Source of the DNA: Deltaproteobacteria bacterium
GTDB taxonomy: Bacteria; Myxococcota; SpSt-1050; JACRCP01
Reading direction: 5' to 3'
Length of the DNA stretch: 64,000 nt
NCBI GenBank assembly: GCA_016218965.1
Contig: JACRCP010000150.1
Coordinates: 12,316 to 76,315 of the forward strand
The notes beneath the pieces were generated by a model. It worked only from the letters and a program-made list of their open reading frames with translations, was not told the DNA's origin and did not search any database. Made by a program: the position numbers and the translations under genes. Positions 26,657 through 38,233 of the stretch are shown here, piece by piece. The stretch's first letter is position 1, and each line of letters begins with the position of its first letter.

Positions 26657-26677
26657 GCCTCTTGCCTCATGCCTCTA
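26643..26677. repeat. GCCTCAT-type heptamer array (5 units) at the gspJ/gspK junction
   Basis: gactcat gcctcat gcctctt gcctcat gcctcta; contains the gspJ stop and the gspK start. Confidence 0.8.
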
Positions 26678-27352
26678 AAAGGCCAGCGGCTTGTCCATGA
26701 ACACGCGGGTCTTGGTCGTAAACGTCATCTCCTTGCCGGCCTCGTCGAGCACCGTGAGCGTGATCTTCACCAGCCTGGGCAGCCGATTGCCTTTTTCGAC
26801 GCCGGTCGTGTCCCACTCGTCTAGCCACTCGCGCTGCTGGTCGTCCCAGTACGTGAGATCGAGACCCACGACATCCTCGGCCAGCACGTCGGCCACGCCG
26901 CCCTTCTCGTCCTCGGGTTTGTCGTCCAGCGACGGCCGCATCGGCTTTTCGCGCCGCATGAGGTTGTATCTGCCCGAGTAGTCCTTGCTCGTCTCGCCGA
27001 AATACGTGACGTACGCAAGGTCCGACTCGTGCGAGTTCCGCGCCAGCCGCATGTGCGCCATGGACGAAAAGAGCAGGCGGTCGATGGGCGACTCGCTCTT
27101 GCCCTTGAAAAGCGTCTGCGTCCGTTTGTCCTGCGATACGTGCACGCTCAGATACGCCATTGAAATCTCGCGGGCCATCCGGCTCATCGACACGCGGGCG
27201 TTGGCGTAGCGGTTCTCGATTCGCTCGGCAAGCTCGCGCGCCTCGAGGCTGCGGGAGATCGACCCGTAGATGAGCATGGTGATGAGCGAAAGGATCCCCA
27301 TGGCCACCAGGACCTCTATCAACATCAAACCGCTCTCGGCGCGTTTTCTCAT
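26675..27352 (-). CDS. gspJ: Type II secretion minor pseudopilin J
   Basis: SG/LMLIEVLVA prepilin motif, W..EWD and LPRLVKI; ATGA overlap with the gspI stop. Confidence 0.88.
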   Translation of the reverse strand: MRKRAESGLMLIEVLVAMGILSLITMLIYGSISRSLEARELAERIENRYANARVSMSRMAREISMAYLSVHVSQDKRTQTLFKGKSESPIDRLLFSSMAHMRLARNSHESDLAYVTYFGETSKDYSGRYNLMRREKPMRPSLDDKPEDEKGGVADVLAEDVVGLDLTYWDDQQREWLDEWDTTGVEKGNRLPRLVKITLTVLDEAGKEMTFTTKTRVFMDKPLAF

Positions 27353-28050
27353 CTTCCAAGCACCGGAGGAGGCAGGCCCTTGCCGAACGGCATCGGTCCG
27401 GGAAGCCCGCCGGGCATGCCGGGGATCGCGCCGGGCATGGCGCCGGGCTGGCCGCCTATGACCTGTGTCACGCCCACGCCGACCTCGGCCCCGGGGATGT
27501 TCACGATGTGCGTCGTGACCGAAAAGCTCTGCTCCTTTTTTCCCTCGGTCCACGTGATCGTGACGCGGACCTCCCTGATGGCCTTTTCGAGCTGGTCGAG
27601 CAGCATCGGGAGCCCCGACATGAGCATGTTCGCGTCGCCGCCCATTGGCGTGAGCCCCAGCGAGTCGACCTGCGAGCTGTCCCTGCCCTGGAGCTTGGCG
27701 AGCGAACCCCCGAGGTCTGCCCCGCCCGAAAGGTCGGGGGCCGGGAGCTTGATCTTCAGAATCTCGGACGCCCATTTGATTTCGGGGTAGTTCTCCTCCG
27801 AAAAATCCCCCTCCTCGCGCTCGTCAAAATCAGGAAAACCCTTCTCGCGCACGGACTCCTCGACGTCGATCATCTTGCTCCGCGCGAGCATCGCCGCGAC
27901 GGTGTACCCCTTTGTCCGGCTGGTCATGGCCATGGCGCCCACGTTCACCCCGACGATGGCGCTCATGCAGACCGCCAGGACCCCGATGGCCACCATGACC
28001 TCGAGCAGCGTGAACCCGCGTTCCCTCATGCCTTCCGCCTCGTGCCTCAT
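27349..28050 (-). CDS. gspI: Type II secretion minor pseudopilin I
   Basis: RG/FTLLEVMVA and IREVRVTITW; Gly/Pro/Met-rich tail. Alternative start at 28029. Confidence 0.85.
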   Translation of the reverse strand: MRHEAEGMRERGFTLLEVMVAIGVLAVCMSAIVGVNVGAMAMTSRTKGYTVAAMLARSKMIDVEESVREKGFPDFDEREEGDFSEENYPEIKWASEILKIKLPAPDLSGGADLGGSLAKLQGRDSSQVDSLGLTPMGGDANMLMSGLPMLLDQLEKAIREVRVTITWTEGKKEQSFSVTTHIVNIPGAEVGVGVTQVIGGQPGAMPGAIPGMPGGLPGPMPFGKGLPPPVLGR

Positions 28051-28057
28051 GCCTACT
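28023..28057. repeat. Degenerate GCCTCAT-type heptamer array at the gspH/gspI junction
   Basis: ccctcat gccttcc gcctcgt gcctcat gcctact. Confidence 0.7.
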
Positions 28058-28877
28058 TCTCCGGCGCCTCGACGTACTTCGGTTCTATCAGCACCCTGCC
28101 CGTGAGCGGGCTCACGATTAGCGTGTAGCTGTTGGCCTTCTCGTCGGCGAGGTGAATGTACGCCTTCTCGGTATACCCGCCGGGAAAGAAATACAGGTGG
28201 CCGAACCCCTTCGTATACCGGTCGCGCTGGTGCGACGTCCACACGCCGTCAAAACGTATTTCCTCGGGGAGCTTGGCGTTCCGGATGAGCGTGGTTTTGA
28301 TCTCCCTGAACGCGGCCTTGAGCTTTTCGCGTTCCTGCATCTCCTCTTCGTCCGAGCTCAGGCGGGTCTTGTCGGCCTCGTCGTCCTCGTGCTCGGCGCG
28401 CTCGCCCTCGCCCGTGGCGGTCTCGAGCGTCCGCGCAAGGTAGAACGGCTTGTCGGCGCACTCGGCCTTGTACCCCTGGCCCTGGAGTTCGAACTGCATG
28501 CGGCAGTAGGCGCCCGTCATCCCCGAGAGGTTGAACATGTACCGGATCGCGCCGGCCACCGTCCCGGCCGACGCCTTCAGGTGCGCCGAGGTCACGCTGG
28601 ATGCCATCGGGATGGCTATTCCCATGAACAGCGACACCATCGCGAGCACGACGATGATCTCGATGAGCGTGATGCCCGCGGCAGAGACCGAAGACCGACC
28701 TGGCTTCGAAGAGATCTGCCAGCCGCTCCCCGGTGCGCCCTGGAGCCGCGTCTCGGCAACACCCGTCGCCATCGGCGCTGAAGCGTTCGGCGGAGCCTTT
28801 CCGAGACACGGTGGAAGGGTGCGCCGGGGGGCGGCGTCCCCAAACGTGCCAAAAACCCGACACCGCATGTGGTTCAT
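28053..28877 (-). CDS. gspH: Type II secretion minor pseudopilin H
   Basis: AG/ITLIEIIVVL, LYFFPGG and SPLTGRV; start either 28877 (ATGA overlap with gspG) or 28772. Confidence 0.8.
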   Translation of the reverse strand: MNHMRCRVFGTFGDAAPRRTLPPCLGKAPPNASAPMATGVAETRLQGAPGSGWQISSKPGRSSVSAAGITLIEIIVVLAMVSLFMGIAIPMASSVTSAHLKASAGTVAGAIRYMFNLSGMTGAYCRMQFELQGQGYKAECADKPFYLARTLETATGEGERAEHEDDEADKTRLSSDEEEMQEREKLKAAFREIKTTLIRNAKLPEEIRFDGVWTSHQRDRYTKGFGHLYFFPGGYTEKAYIHLADEKANSYTLIVSPLTGRVLIEPKYVEAPEK

Positions 28878-29320
28878 TTCACGCAAGGCGGTCCCCAGTT
28901 GTTGAGGTCCTCGCCGTCGCCCGCGCCGCCCTCGCGCGCGTCGGCCCCGTACGACATGAGATCGAAGCCCTCGGTGTTGTGCTGGCCCGGGAAGATGTAG
29001 ACGTACTCCTTGCCCCAGGGGTCCTTGGGGACCGCCGCCGCCTTGATCTTTTTTGCCGCGACCAGCGCCTGAATCCCCTCCTCGGTCCCGGGATACTGGT
29101 TCTTCTCGAGCTTGTAGAGCTCCAGCGCCTGCTCGAACTCCCTGATCTGGTTGCATGCCGTCATCTTTTTCGCGGCCTCGAGCTGTCTCATGACCGCCAC
29201 GCCGACGAGCCCCATGACAAGCCCGATGATCGTGATGACCACCATGATCTCGATGAGCGTCATGCCGCGCTCTGCGTTCCGCCCGCGCCTCCGCGCCCCA
29301 AGCCGCCTCGCCGTTTCCAT
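28874..29320 (-). CDS. gspG: Type II secretion major pseudopilin G
   Basis: RG/MTLIEIMVV, YP.TEEG, PKDPWG and SYGAD..EGG. Confidence 0.95.
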   Translation of the reverse strand: METARRLGARRRGRNAERGMTLIEIMVVITIIGLVMGLVGVAVMRQLEAAKKMTACNQIREFEQALELYKLEKNQYPGTEEGIQALVAAKKIKAAAVPKDPWGKEYVYIFPGQHNTEGFDLMSYGADAREGGAGDGEDLNNWGPPCVK

Positions 29321-29332
29321 CGTCCCGCCTCC

Positions 29333-30553
29333 TTATTGAATGAACTCGTTTATCTTGAGAATCGGCAAAAGAATGGACAGCACTATCATCAGGACGACTC
29401 CCGCCATCCCGAGGATCATCAGGGGCTCAAGGAGCGTGACGAGCACGGCAAGCCGCGTCTCGACCTGGTAGTCGTAGGCGTCCGCGACGTTGGCGAGCAT
29501 CTCCTCGAGCTGGCCCGATCTTTCGCCCGTCTGGATCATGTGGATGACCATCGGGGGAAACTGGCCGCTTCTTTTGAGCGGCCCGGCTATGCTCTCGCCC
29601 TCCTTGATGCTGGTGCGCGCCTCTTCGACGGCTCTCACCAGGATCGTGTTCCCGAGGATGTTTTTGACGATGTCGAGCGCCCCGAGGATGGGGACGCCCG
29701 ATTTCAAGAGCGTCGAGAGCGTGCGCGAGAACCTCGCGACCGCGAGCATGCGGATGATGTTGCCGAAGATGACGGTGCGGAGCACGAACGCGTCCCACTT
29801 CACCTTGCCCTCTGGCGTCCGCTTCCACCGCCTGAAGAGCCAGACGGCGGCCGCGGCGATGATGAAAAGCAGCCACCAGTACGACTTGATCACGTTCGAG
29901 ACGAATATCAGGACGAGCGTGGGTATCGGGAGCGAGGCCTTCACGTCCTCGAAGATCTTGGTGATCTTTGGGATGATGAACACGAACACCATCCCGACTA
30001 TCACGACGCCGACCACGACCATGAGCAGCGGATAGAAGAGCGCCGAGAGGACCTTGGTGCGAAGGCGTGCCTGGCTCTCCATGAAGTCGGCCAGCCTCTG
30101 GAGCACGATATCGAGCGCCCCCGACGACTCGCCGGCGCGGATCATGTTGATGTAGAGGTCGCCGAAGACCTTTTGGTGCTTTTCGAGGCCGTCGGCGAGG
30201 GAGCCGCCCTCGTTGACGAACTGCTTGACCTGCGAGACGATGAGCCTGAGCTTGGGGTTCTCGACCTGGTCCGAGAGTGCCCCGAGGCTGTCGACGAGCG
30301 GGATCCCGGCCTTAAGAAGCGTCGAGAGCTGGCGCGTGAAGATCGAGAGGTCCTGGACGCTCACGCGGCCGAAATATTTGGTGAAATCTATCCCGCGGCG
30401 CGCGGCCTCGGCGGCGGCCTGCTCGGCGAACTCGGTGAGCAGTATCCCTTCCTTGCGGAGGGCGGCCTTGAGCGAGCGCGAGCTGTCGGCGTCGCGAACG
30501 CCCCTCAACTCCTTCCCGTCGGCCGCCAGGCCGCTGTACTCAAATACCGGCAT
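29333..30553 (-). CDS. gspF: Type II secretion inner membrane platform protein F
   Basis: FTRQLSTLLKAGIPL, AGESSGALD, TGERSGQL and LLEPLMI. Confidence 0.95.
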   Translation of the reverse strand: MPVFEYSGLAADGKELRGVRDADSSRSLKAALRKEGILLTEFAEQAAAEAARRGIDFTKYFGRVSVQDLSIFTRQLSTLLKAGIPLVDSLGALSDQVENPKLRLIVSQVKQFVNEGGSLADGLEKHQKVFGDLYINMIRAGESSGALDIVLQRLADFMESQARLRTKVLSALFYPLLMVVVGVVIVGMVFVFIIPKITKIFEDVKASLPIPTLVLIFVSNVIKSYWWLLFIIAAAAVWLFRRWKRTPEGKVKWDAFVLRTVIFGNIIRMLAVARFSRTLSTLLKSGVPILGALDIVKNILGNTILVRAVEEARTSIKEGESIAGPLKRSGQFPPMVIHMIQTGERSGQLEEMLANVADAYDYQVETRLAVLVTLLEPLMILGMAGVVLMIVLSILLPILKINEFIQ

Positions 30554-30554
30554 C

Positions 30555-32257
30555 CTATTGAATGTCCTCCTGCGTCACGCGCATGACCTCTTCAATCGTA
30601 GTCATCCCGCGGCTCACCTTCTGGGCGCCGTCCTCGCGAAGCGTGAGCATCCCCTTCGCCTGGGCGGCGCGCTTTATCGTGTTCGAGTCGGCGTTCTTGA
30701 GGATGAGCGCCTGGATCTCCTCGTCGATGAGCATCATCTCGTAGATCCCGCTCCGGCCCGTGTAACCGGTGCTCAGGCACTTGGGACAGCCCTTGGGCCG
30801 GTAGATGAAACCCGGCCGGGGAATGGTCTCGCGCCTAAGCCCGATCTGGCCGATCTCGGCGTCCGACGGGACGTACGGCTCGCGGCACTCGGGACAGACC
30901 GTCCGCACGAGGCGCTGGGCGAGGATCCCGACGAGTGACGACGCCACCAGGAACGGCTGGACGCCCATGTCGACGAGACGGGTGAGCGAGGTCGCGGAGT
31001 CATTGGTGTGCAGCGTCGAGAACACGAGGTGGCCGGTGAGCGACGCCTGAATGGCAATCTCCGCGGTTTCGAGATCACGGATCTCGCCAACGAGAATCAC
31101 GTCGGGGTCCTGGCGCAGGAACGAGCGCAGCCCCGTCGCGAACGTAAGTCCGATCTTGGGGCTGACCTGCATCTGGCCGATCCCCTTGATCTGGTACTCG
31201 ATGGGGTCCTCGACGGTGAGGATGTTGAGATCCGGCGAGTTGATCTCGGTGAGCGCCGCGTAGAGCGTTGTCGTCTTGCCGCTCCCGGTGGGGCCGGTGA
31301 CCAGGATGATCCCGTGACTCTTGTGGATGAGCTCGCGCATCCCCGAAAGCTTCTCGTCCATGAGGCCCAGATCGCTCATGTTGAGCAGAACGCCGGTCTT
31401 GTCCAGAAGGCGCATCACCACGCGCTCGCCGTGGGCGGTCGGGATGACGCTCACACGGACGTCTATGTCCTTGCCCGCTATCTTGATCCTTATGCGCCCG
31501 TCCTGCGGCAGGCGCTTCTCGGCGATGTTGAGACCCGCCATGATCTTGACGCGCGAGATGATCGAGGCCTGGAACCTCTTGGGCGGCTTGATGATCTCGT
31601 AGAGGACGCCGTCTATCCGGAAGCGGACGACGATCTCCTTTTCGAACGGCTCGATGTGGATGTCCGAGGCGCGCTCTTTCACCGCCTGGGCGAAAAGCGA
31701 GTTCACCAGCCGGATGATGGGCGCCTCGTCGCTGGCGTCCAGCAGGTCTTCGGGCTCCTCGAGCTCGTGCGCGATGTCGTCGAGGTTGGCCTCCTCGAGG
31801 TCGTCCATCACCGACTCGGCCTGCCGGGCGCGCTTGTCGTAGACCGCGTTGATGGCGTCGGTCACCTTCTGTTTGGTCGAGACGACCGCCCCGACGCGGG
31901 CCTTGAGTATGGCGGCCACGCCGTCCAGCGCGGCGAGGTCGAGCGGGTCCGCCACGAGGACGCGGCACGAGCCGTCAACCCGCTCGATGGGCAGAACGAA
32001 AAACTGCTTTGCGAAGTTGATGGGTATGTCTTTCACGAGATCGGGGTCCACCTTTTCGACCGCGACCTCGTCGAGGTACGTGAGCCCAAGCTGGTCGCAG
32101 AGCGCGCGGGCGACGGACTCCTCGGGAACGGCCTTGAGCGAAACGAGTATCTCCCCGAGCCTCCCGGGCTTCGATTTCTGGATCTCGATCGCCTCCTCGA
32201 GCTTTTCGCGGGCCAGCCCGTAGGACTCGACGAGGATCTCGCCTATGGGTTTCCGAT

Positions 32258-32261
<4 letters not shown>
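30555..32261 (-). CDS. gspE: Type II secretion ATPase E
   Basis: ASDIHIEP, GPTGSGKTT, TVEDPIE, LRQDPD..LVGEIRD and CxxC..CxxC; N-terminal IGEILV/RLGEIL (MshEN-like) segment. Confidence 0.96.
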
Positions 32262-34916
<2,655 letters not shown>

Positions 34917-34936
<20 letters not shown>

Positions 34937-35825
34937 AGCTCATGGCCTTGCCGCCGCGGCTGATGTCGATCTTGACCGACTTGGAGTCTTTGAGTTTCTG
35001 GTAGATCTCAAGTGCTTTGTCCGGGCTGTTCATCTCGAAACCGTTGATCTTCTGGACGACGTCCCCGTTCTGGAGCCCGATTTTGGAATATATGCTGTCC
35101 GGCTTGATCGAGAAGAGCTTGAAGCCGTTGGCCTTTCCACCTTCGAAATTGGGGACGATGCGCGCCTGCATGGCGACCTGGTTGAGGTTCGAGAGCGTCT
35201 TGTCGATCTCGGCCTGCGACACCACGTACGAGGTGTCCGTGAGCTTGCGGACGCCCTCCCCCGACGCGGGCTCCTCGACCTTCTTCGATATCGGCAGCGC
35301 GGGTCTCGGGGCGCCGTGTTCCTCCTCGAGATCGAGGTACTCGAAGCGGTTCGAATGCGTGAGCGTGACCCTCTTCCGCTCGATCTTCGTGATGAAATAG
35401 TCGTCCTGCACGACCGAGCCGACGCCGTAGATCCCCGTGGCCTGCGTGCCGGTCTCGACCAGGACACAGAGCGACCACTGCGGGTCTTCAGCAACAACGG
35501 TGCCGACGAGCTTGGCCTTGATCTGCGAAAGGGTCGGCTCGAAATCCTCCGGTCTGGAGTCGTCCACGGGAATCGTCGTGTCGATGTTGATGGGCGCCTG
35601 GCGGGCAGTGCCGAAGATGTTCTTGTCTTTGACCCCGTCGAGGTTCGGCGGCGAAGCCTGTCTATGGCCGCCGCCGCCCGTCGCCGCCTCGGTCTTGGGC
35701 AGTTCAGGCAGCGGACGAAGCGACGCGCCGATGTACGCATTGGCGATGGACGACACGAAAAACGCGCACGCGGTGATGGCCGCAAGCTCGAACGTCCAGA
35801 AGTACTTCCTGAGCCACGTATCCAT
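34917..35825 (-). CDS. gspC: Type II secretion protein C (HR + PDZ domains)
   Basis: N-terminal TM, LVGTVV HR domain and PDZ GFKLFSI..DSIYSKIGLQNGD; start MDTWLRKY. Confidence 0.92.
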
Positions 35826-35905
35826 CGCCTGTCCTTCCCTTGTTTCGCGAACGATCCGGAAACCCGAAGCGGCGGCCCGAACCGGGGCCGGCAAGCGGAA
35901 ACATG

Positions 35906-35920
35906 GCAAGACCCGTGCCG
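35906..35920 (-). promoter_or_regulatory. sigma54 (-24/-12) promoter of the gsp operon
   Basis: Minus strand CGGCAC-GGGTC-TTGC (GG-N10-GC), 80 bp upstream of gspC. Confidence 0.65.
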
Positions 35921-36155
35921 GGGCCCGCGGACCCCGACGCCGCGGCCATCGTTTGAAACCCTTTGATTTTGCTTTTGATTCCGCGTGGCCTCCGAAACAC
36001 CGTATCTGGCACCGGTTTGGCTTTCGCCCCGGCCTTGGCGGAAGTTGCCAAAAATGCAAAACAACCGCCGGGCGGAGGCCGGACGTTGACATTTTGACAA
36101 CGCGTGGCCCGTGGTATACATACGGCCGGGTTTCGGGCGTGAGGGCGGAGGAAAC

Positions 36156-37202
36156 ATGCCTGAGTTCGAGTCGGTCCTTTCGGAAAGACTCGCCGGGGAG
36201 TGGGGGATTCGCGGGCCGTATTCCCTTGACAAGCTCAAGGGCGACGCGTCGTACCGCTCGTACTACCGGGTTCACGCGGGCGGTGCCGGAAAGACCTTCG
36301 TCCTTATGCAGTGGGACCCCGCGCTCACCTCGAAGGCCGAGGAGATCGCAAAAGGTGCGGCGCCCGCCGAGTTCCCGTTTCTCAACATCCAGCGGTACCT
36401 TGGCCGGGGCGGGGTCCGGGTGCCCGGCGTCGTTTCGTCGTCGGTGAAAGACGGACTCATCCTCCTCGAGGACCTTGGGGACGTTACACTTGAAACGACG
36501 CTTGCCGGAAAGGGCCTGCACGAGCGCCGCGTCATGTATGAAGAGGCGGTCCGCAATCTGGTGGCGATCCAGTCGCTCGGGGAGCGCGATCGCGACCCTG
36601 CCTGCCTCGCCTTCCAGCGGGTGTTCGATCGCGACCTCTACGTGTGGGAGTTCAACCACTACGTCGAGTACGGGATCGAGGCGCGCAGCGGGAGCAAGGT
36701 CCCGCCTGCGGACCGCGCCCTGATGGACGAGTGGTTCGAACGCTTAAGCGACGAGCTCGACGCCATCCCAAAGGGCTTCACGCACCGCGACTACCAGAGC
36801 AGGAACCTGATGGCGTGCGGAGGCGCATGGTGCCTGATCGATTTCCAGGATGCGCTCCTGGGGCCGCCGCAATACGACCTCGTGGCGCTTCTCAAGGATT
36901 CGTACGTGGACATCGGCGAGGACGACGCGCGGCATCTCGTTTCGGTGTTCCTCGCGGAGCGTGAAAAGGCGGGGCTGCCGATCGAGGACGAGGCGTTCTG
37001 GCGGGGGTTCAAGGTGCAGACAATACAGCGCAAGCTCAAGGACGCGGGGAGGTTCATATTCATAGACCGCGTGAAAAAGAACGCGTCGTTTCTCCCGCAC
37101 GTCCCGTCAAGCTTCGAGTACGTTCGCCGGTATCTTTCGACCATGGATGACCTCAAAGACCTCCACGAGATCCTTGGGCGTTACACGCCCGAACTTCGAT
37201 AG
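36156..37202 (+). CDS. amgK: Aminoglycoside phosphotransferase-family sugar kinase (AmgK-like anomeric MurNAc/GlcNAc kinase)
   Basis: GDASYRSYYR, LEDLGD, HRDYQSRNLM, IDFQDAL.GP..YDL..LL.D and QRKLK..GRF. Confidence 0.8.
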   Translation: MPEFESVLSERLAGEWGIRGPYSLDKLKGDASYRSYYRVHAGGAGKTFVLMQWDPALTSKAEEIAKGAAPAEFPFLNIQRYLGRGGVRVPGVVSSSVKDGLILLEDLGDVTLETTLAGKGLHERRVMYEEAVRNLVAIQSLGERDRDPACLAFQRVFDRDLYVWEFNHYVEYGIEARSGSKVPPADRALMDEWFERLSDELDAIPKGFTHRDYQSRNLMACGGAWCLIDFQDALLGPPQYDLVALLKDSYVDIGEDDARHLVSVFLAEREKAGLPIEDEAFWRGFKVQTIQRKLKDAGRFIFIDRVKKNASFLPHVPSSFEYVRRYLSTMDDLKDLHEILGRYTPELR

Positions 37203-37204
37203 GG

Positions 37205-38233
37205 ATGAGGCGCGGTTTGCGGAAACCCCAAATCCCAAATCCCAAATCCCAAATCCGGGGCATGATCCTCGCTGCGGGGTACGGGACGCGCCTGCGTCCG
37301 CTCACGGAACATCTCCCGAAACCGCTGCTCCCCGTGCTCGGAAGACCGGTGCTGTGGCATCAGGCCAGGCTCCTCGCCGATGCCGGTGTCAAAGAGGCCG
37401 TTATCAATCTCCACCACCTTCCCGAGCGCATCGAGGAGTATGTCGGGTCGGGTGCGCTCGGATTCCTGGCGACTCATTTCGTGCGCGAGGAGGGGCGGAT
37501 TCTCGGCACGGGAGGCGGGATCCGGAACGCCCGCGGCTTTCTCGGTCCCAAGACGGCGCTCGTCGTAAACGGCGACACGCTGCTTCTGGCCGACCTTGCG
37601 GCGCTGGTCGGGCACCACCGCAAGAGCGGCGCCACGGCCACCATGCTGCTCATCGAGGACCCGTCCGTCGCCGATGAACACGCGGTCTACGTCGACGGGG
37701 GCGGACGGGTTCGGAGGGCGGTCGGGCACGGCGCCCCCGCCCGCGGCCTTTTGCGTTGCGCGTTTCTGGGCGCCCACGCCATCGAGCCCGCCGCAATCGA
37801 CTACCTGCCGCAAGAGGGTTGTGTAATTCGAAACGGCTACGTCAAGGCGATGGGCAACGGCGAACCCATCGCCGGATTCGTTACACGCGCCCAAGCACGG
37901 GACCTGGGAACACCGGCGTCCCTGTTGCAGACAAACCTCGACGCGCTCCACGGCGAACTCGACATGCCCCATGTCAAAGAATCGTTATCTGACAATAAGT
38001 TGGATTCGCGGCACAAAGATCCGGTCAAGGTGCGGGGGATGGTGTTTGTCGGTCCCGGGTGCGCGTTCGGGACCGGCGTGGAACTCGGCCCGGACGCCGT
38101 GCTCGCGTGTAACGTCCGTGTAGGAAAAGGGGCCAGGATCGCCCAATCGTTGGTACTACACGGAGAAACGATCAAACCCGGCGAGGTGCTCACGCACACC
38201 GTCGCCGGGTTTGGTCTTCGGATTCGAGCCTGA
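37205..38233 (+). CDS. Sugar-phosphate nucleotidyltransferase (MurU/NDP-sugar synthase-like) with C-terminal left-handed beta-helix
   Basis: MILAAGYGTRLRPLT..PKPL, ILGTGGG, VNGD and DLGTP; follows the amgK-like gene. Confidence 0.85.
   Translation: MRRGLRKPQIPNPKSQIRGMILAAGYGTRLRPLTEHLPKPLLPVLGRPVLWHQARLLADAGVKEAVINLHHLPERIEEYVGSGALGFLATHFVREEGRILGTGGGIRNARGFLGPKTALVVNGDTLLLADLAALVGHHRKSGATATMLLIEDPSVADEHAVYVDGGGRVRRAVGHGAPARGLLRCAFLGAHAIEPAAIDYLPQEGCVIRNGYVKAMGNGEPIAGFVTRAQARDLGTPASLLQTNLDALHGELDMPHVKESLSDNKLDSRHKDPVKVRGMVFVGPGCAFGTGVELGPDAVLACNVRVGKGARIAQSLVLHGETIKPGEVLTHTVAGFGLRIRA
37223..37257. repeat. AAATCCC heptamer array (5 units)
   Basis: aaacccc aaatccc aaatccc aaatccc aaatccg at the 5' end of the nucleotidyltransferase gene. 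Confidence 0.85.

Noticed and set aside
23828..28057. Short repeat arrays as CRISPR
   Set aside because: 7 bp tandem units without spacers; no cas genes.
35826..36659. Long N-terminal extension of gspC in the ORF track (similar extensions for gspJ, gspI and the Cys-rich gene)
   Set aside because: The extensions overlap other genes or promoters; downstream starts with SD or coupling fit better.
36156..37202. Aminoglycoside resistance kinase
   Set aside because: GDAS.R.Y.R and DFQDA motifs plus the adjacent nucleotidyltransferase fit an AmgK-like sugar kinase better.
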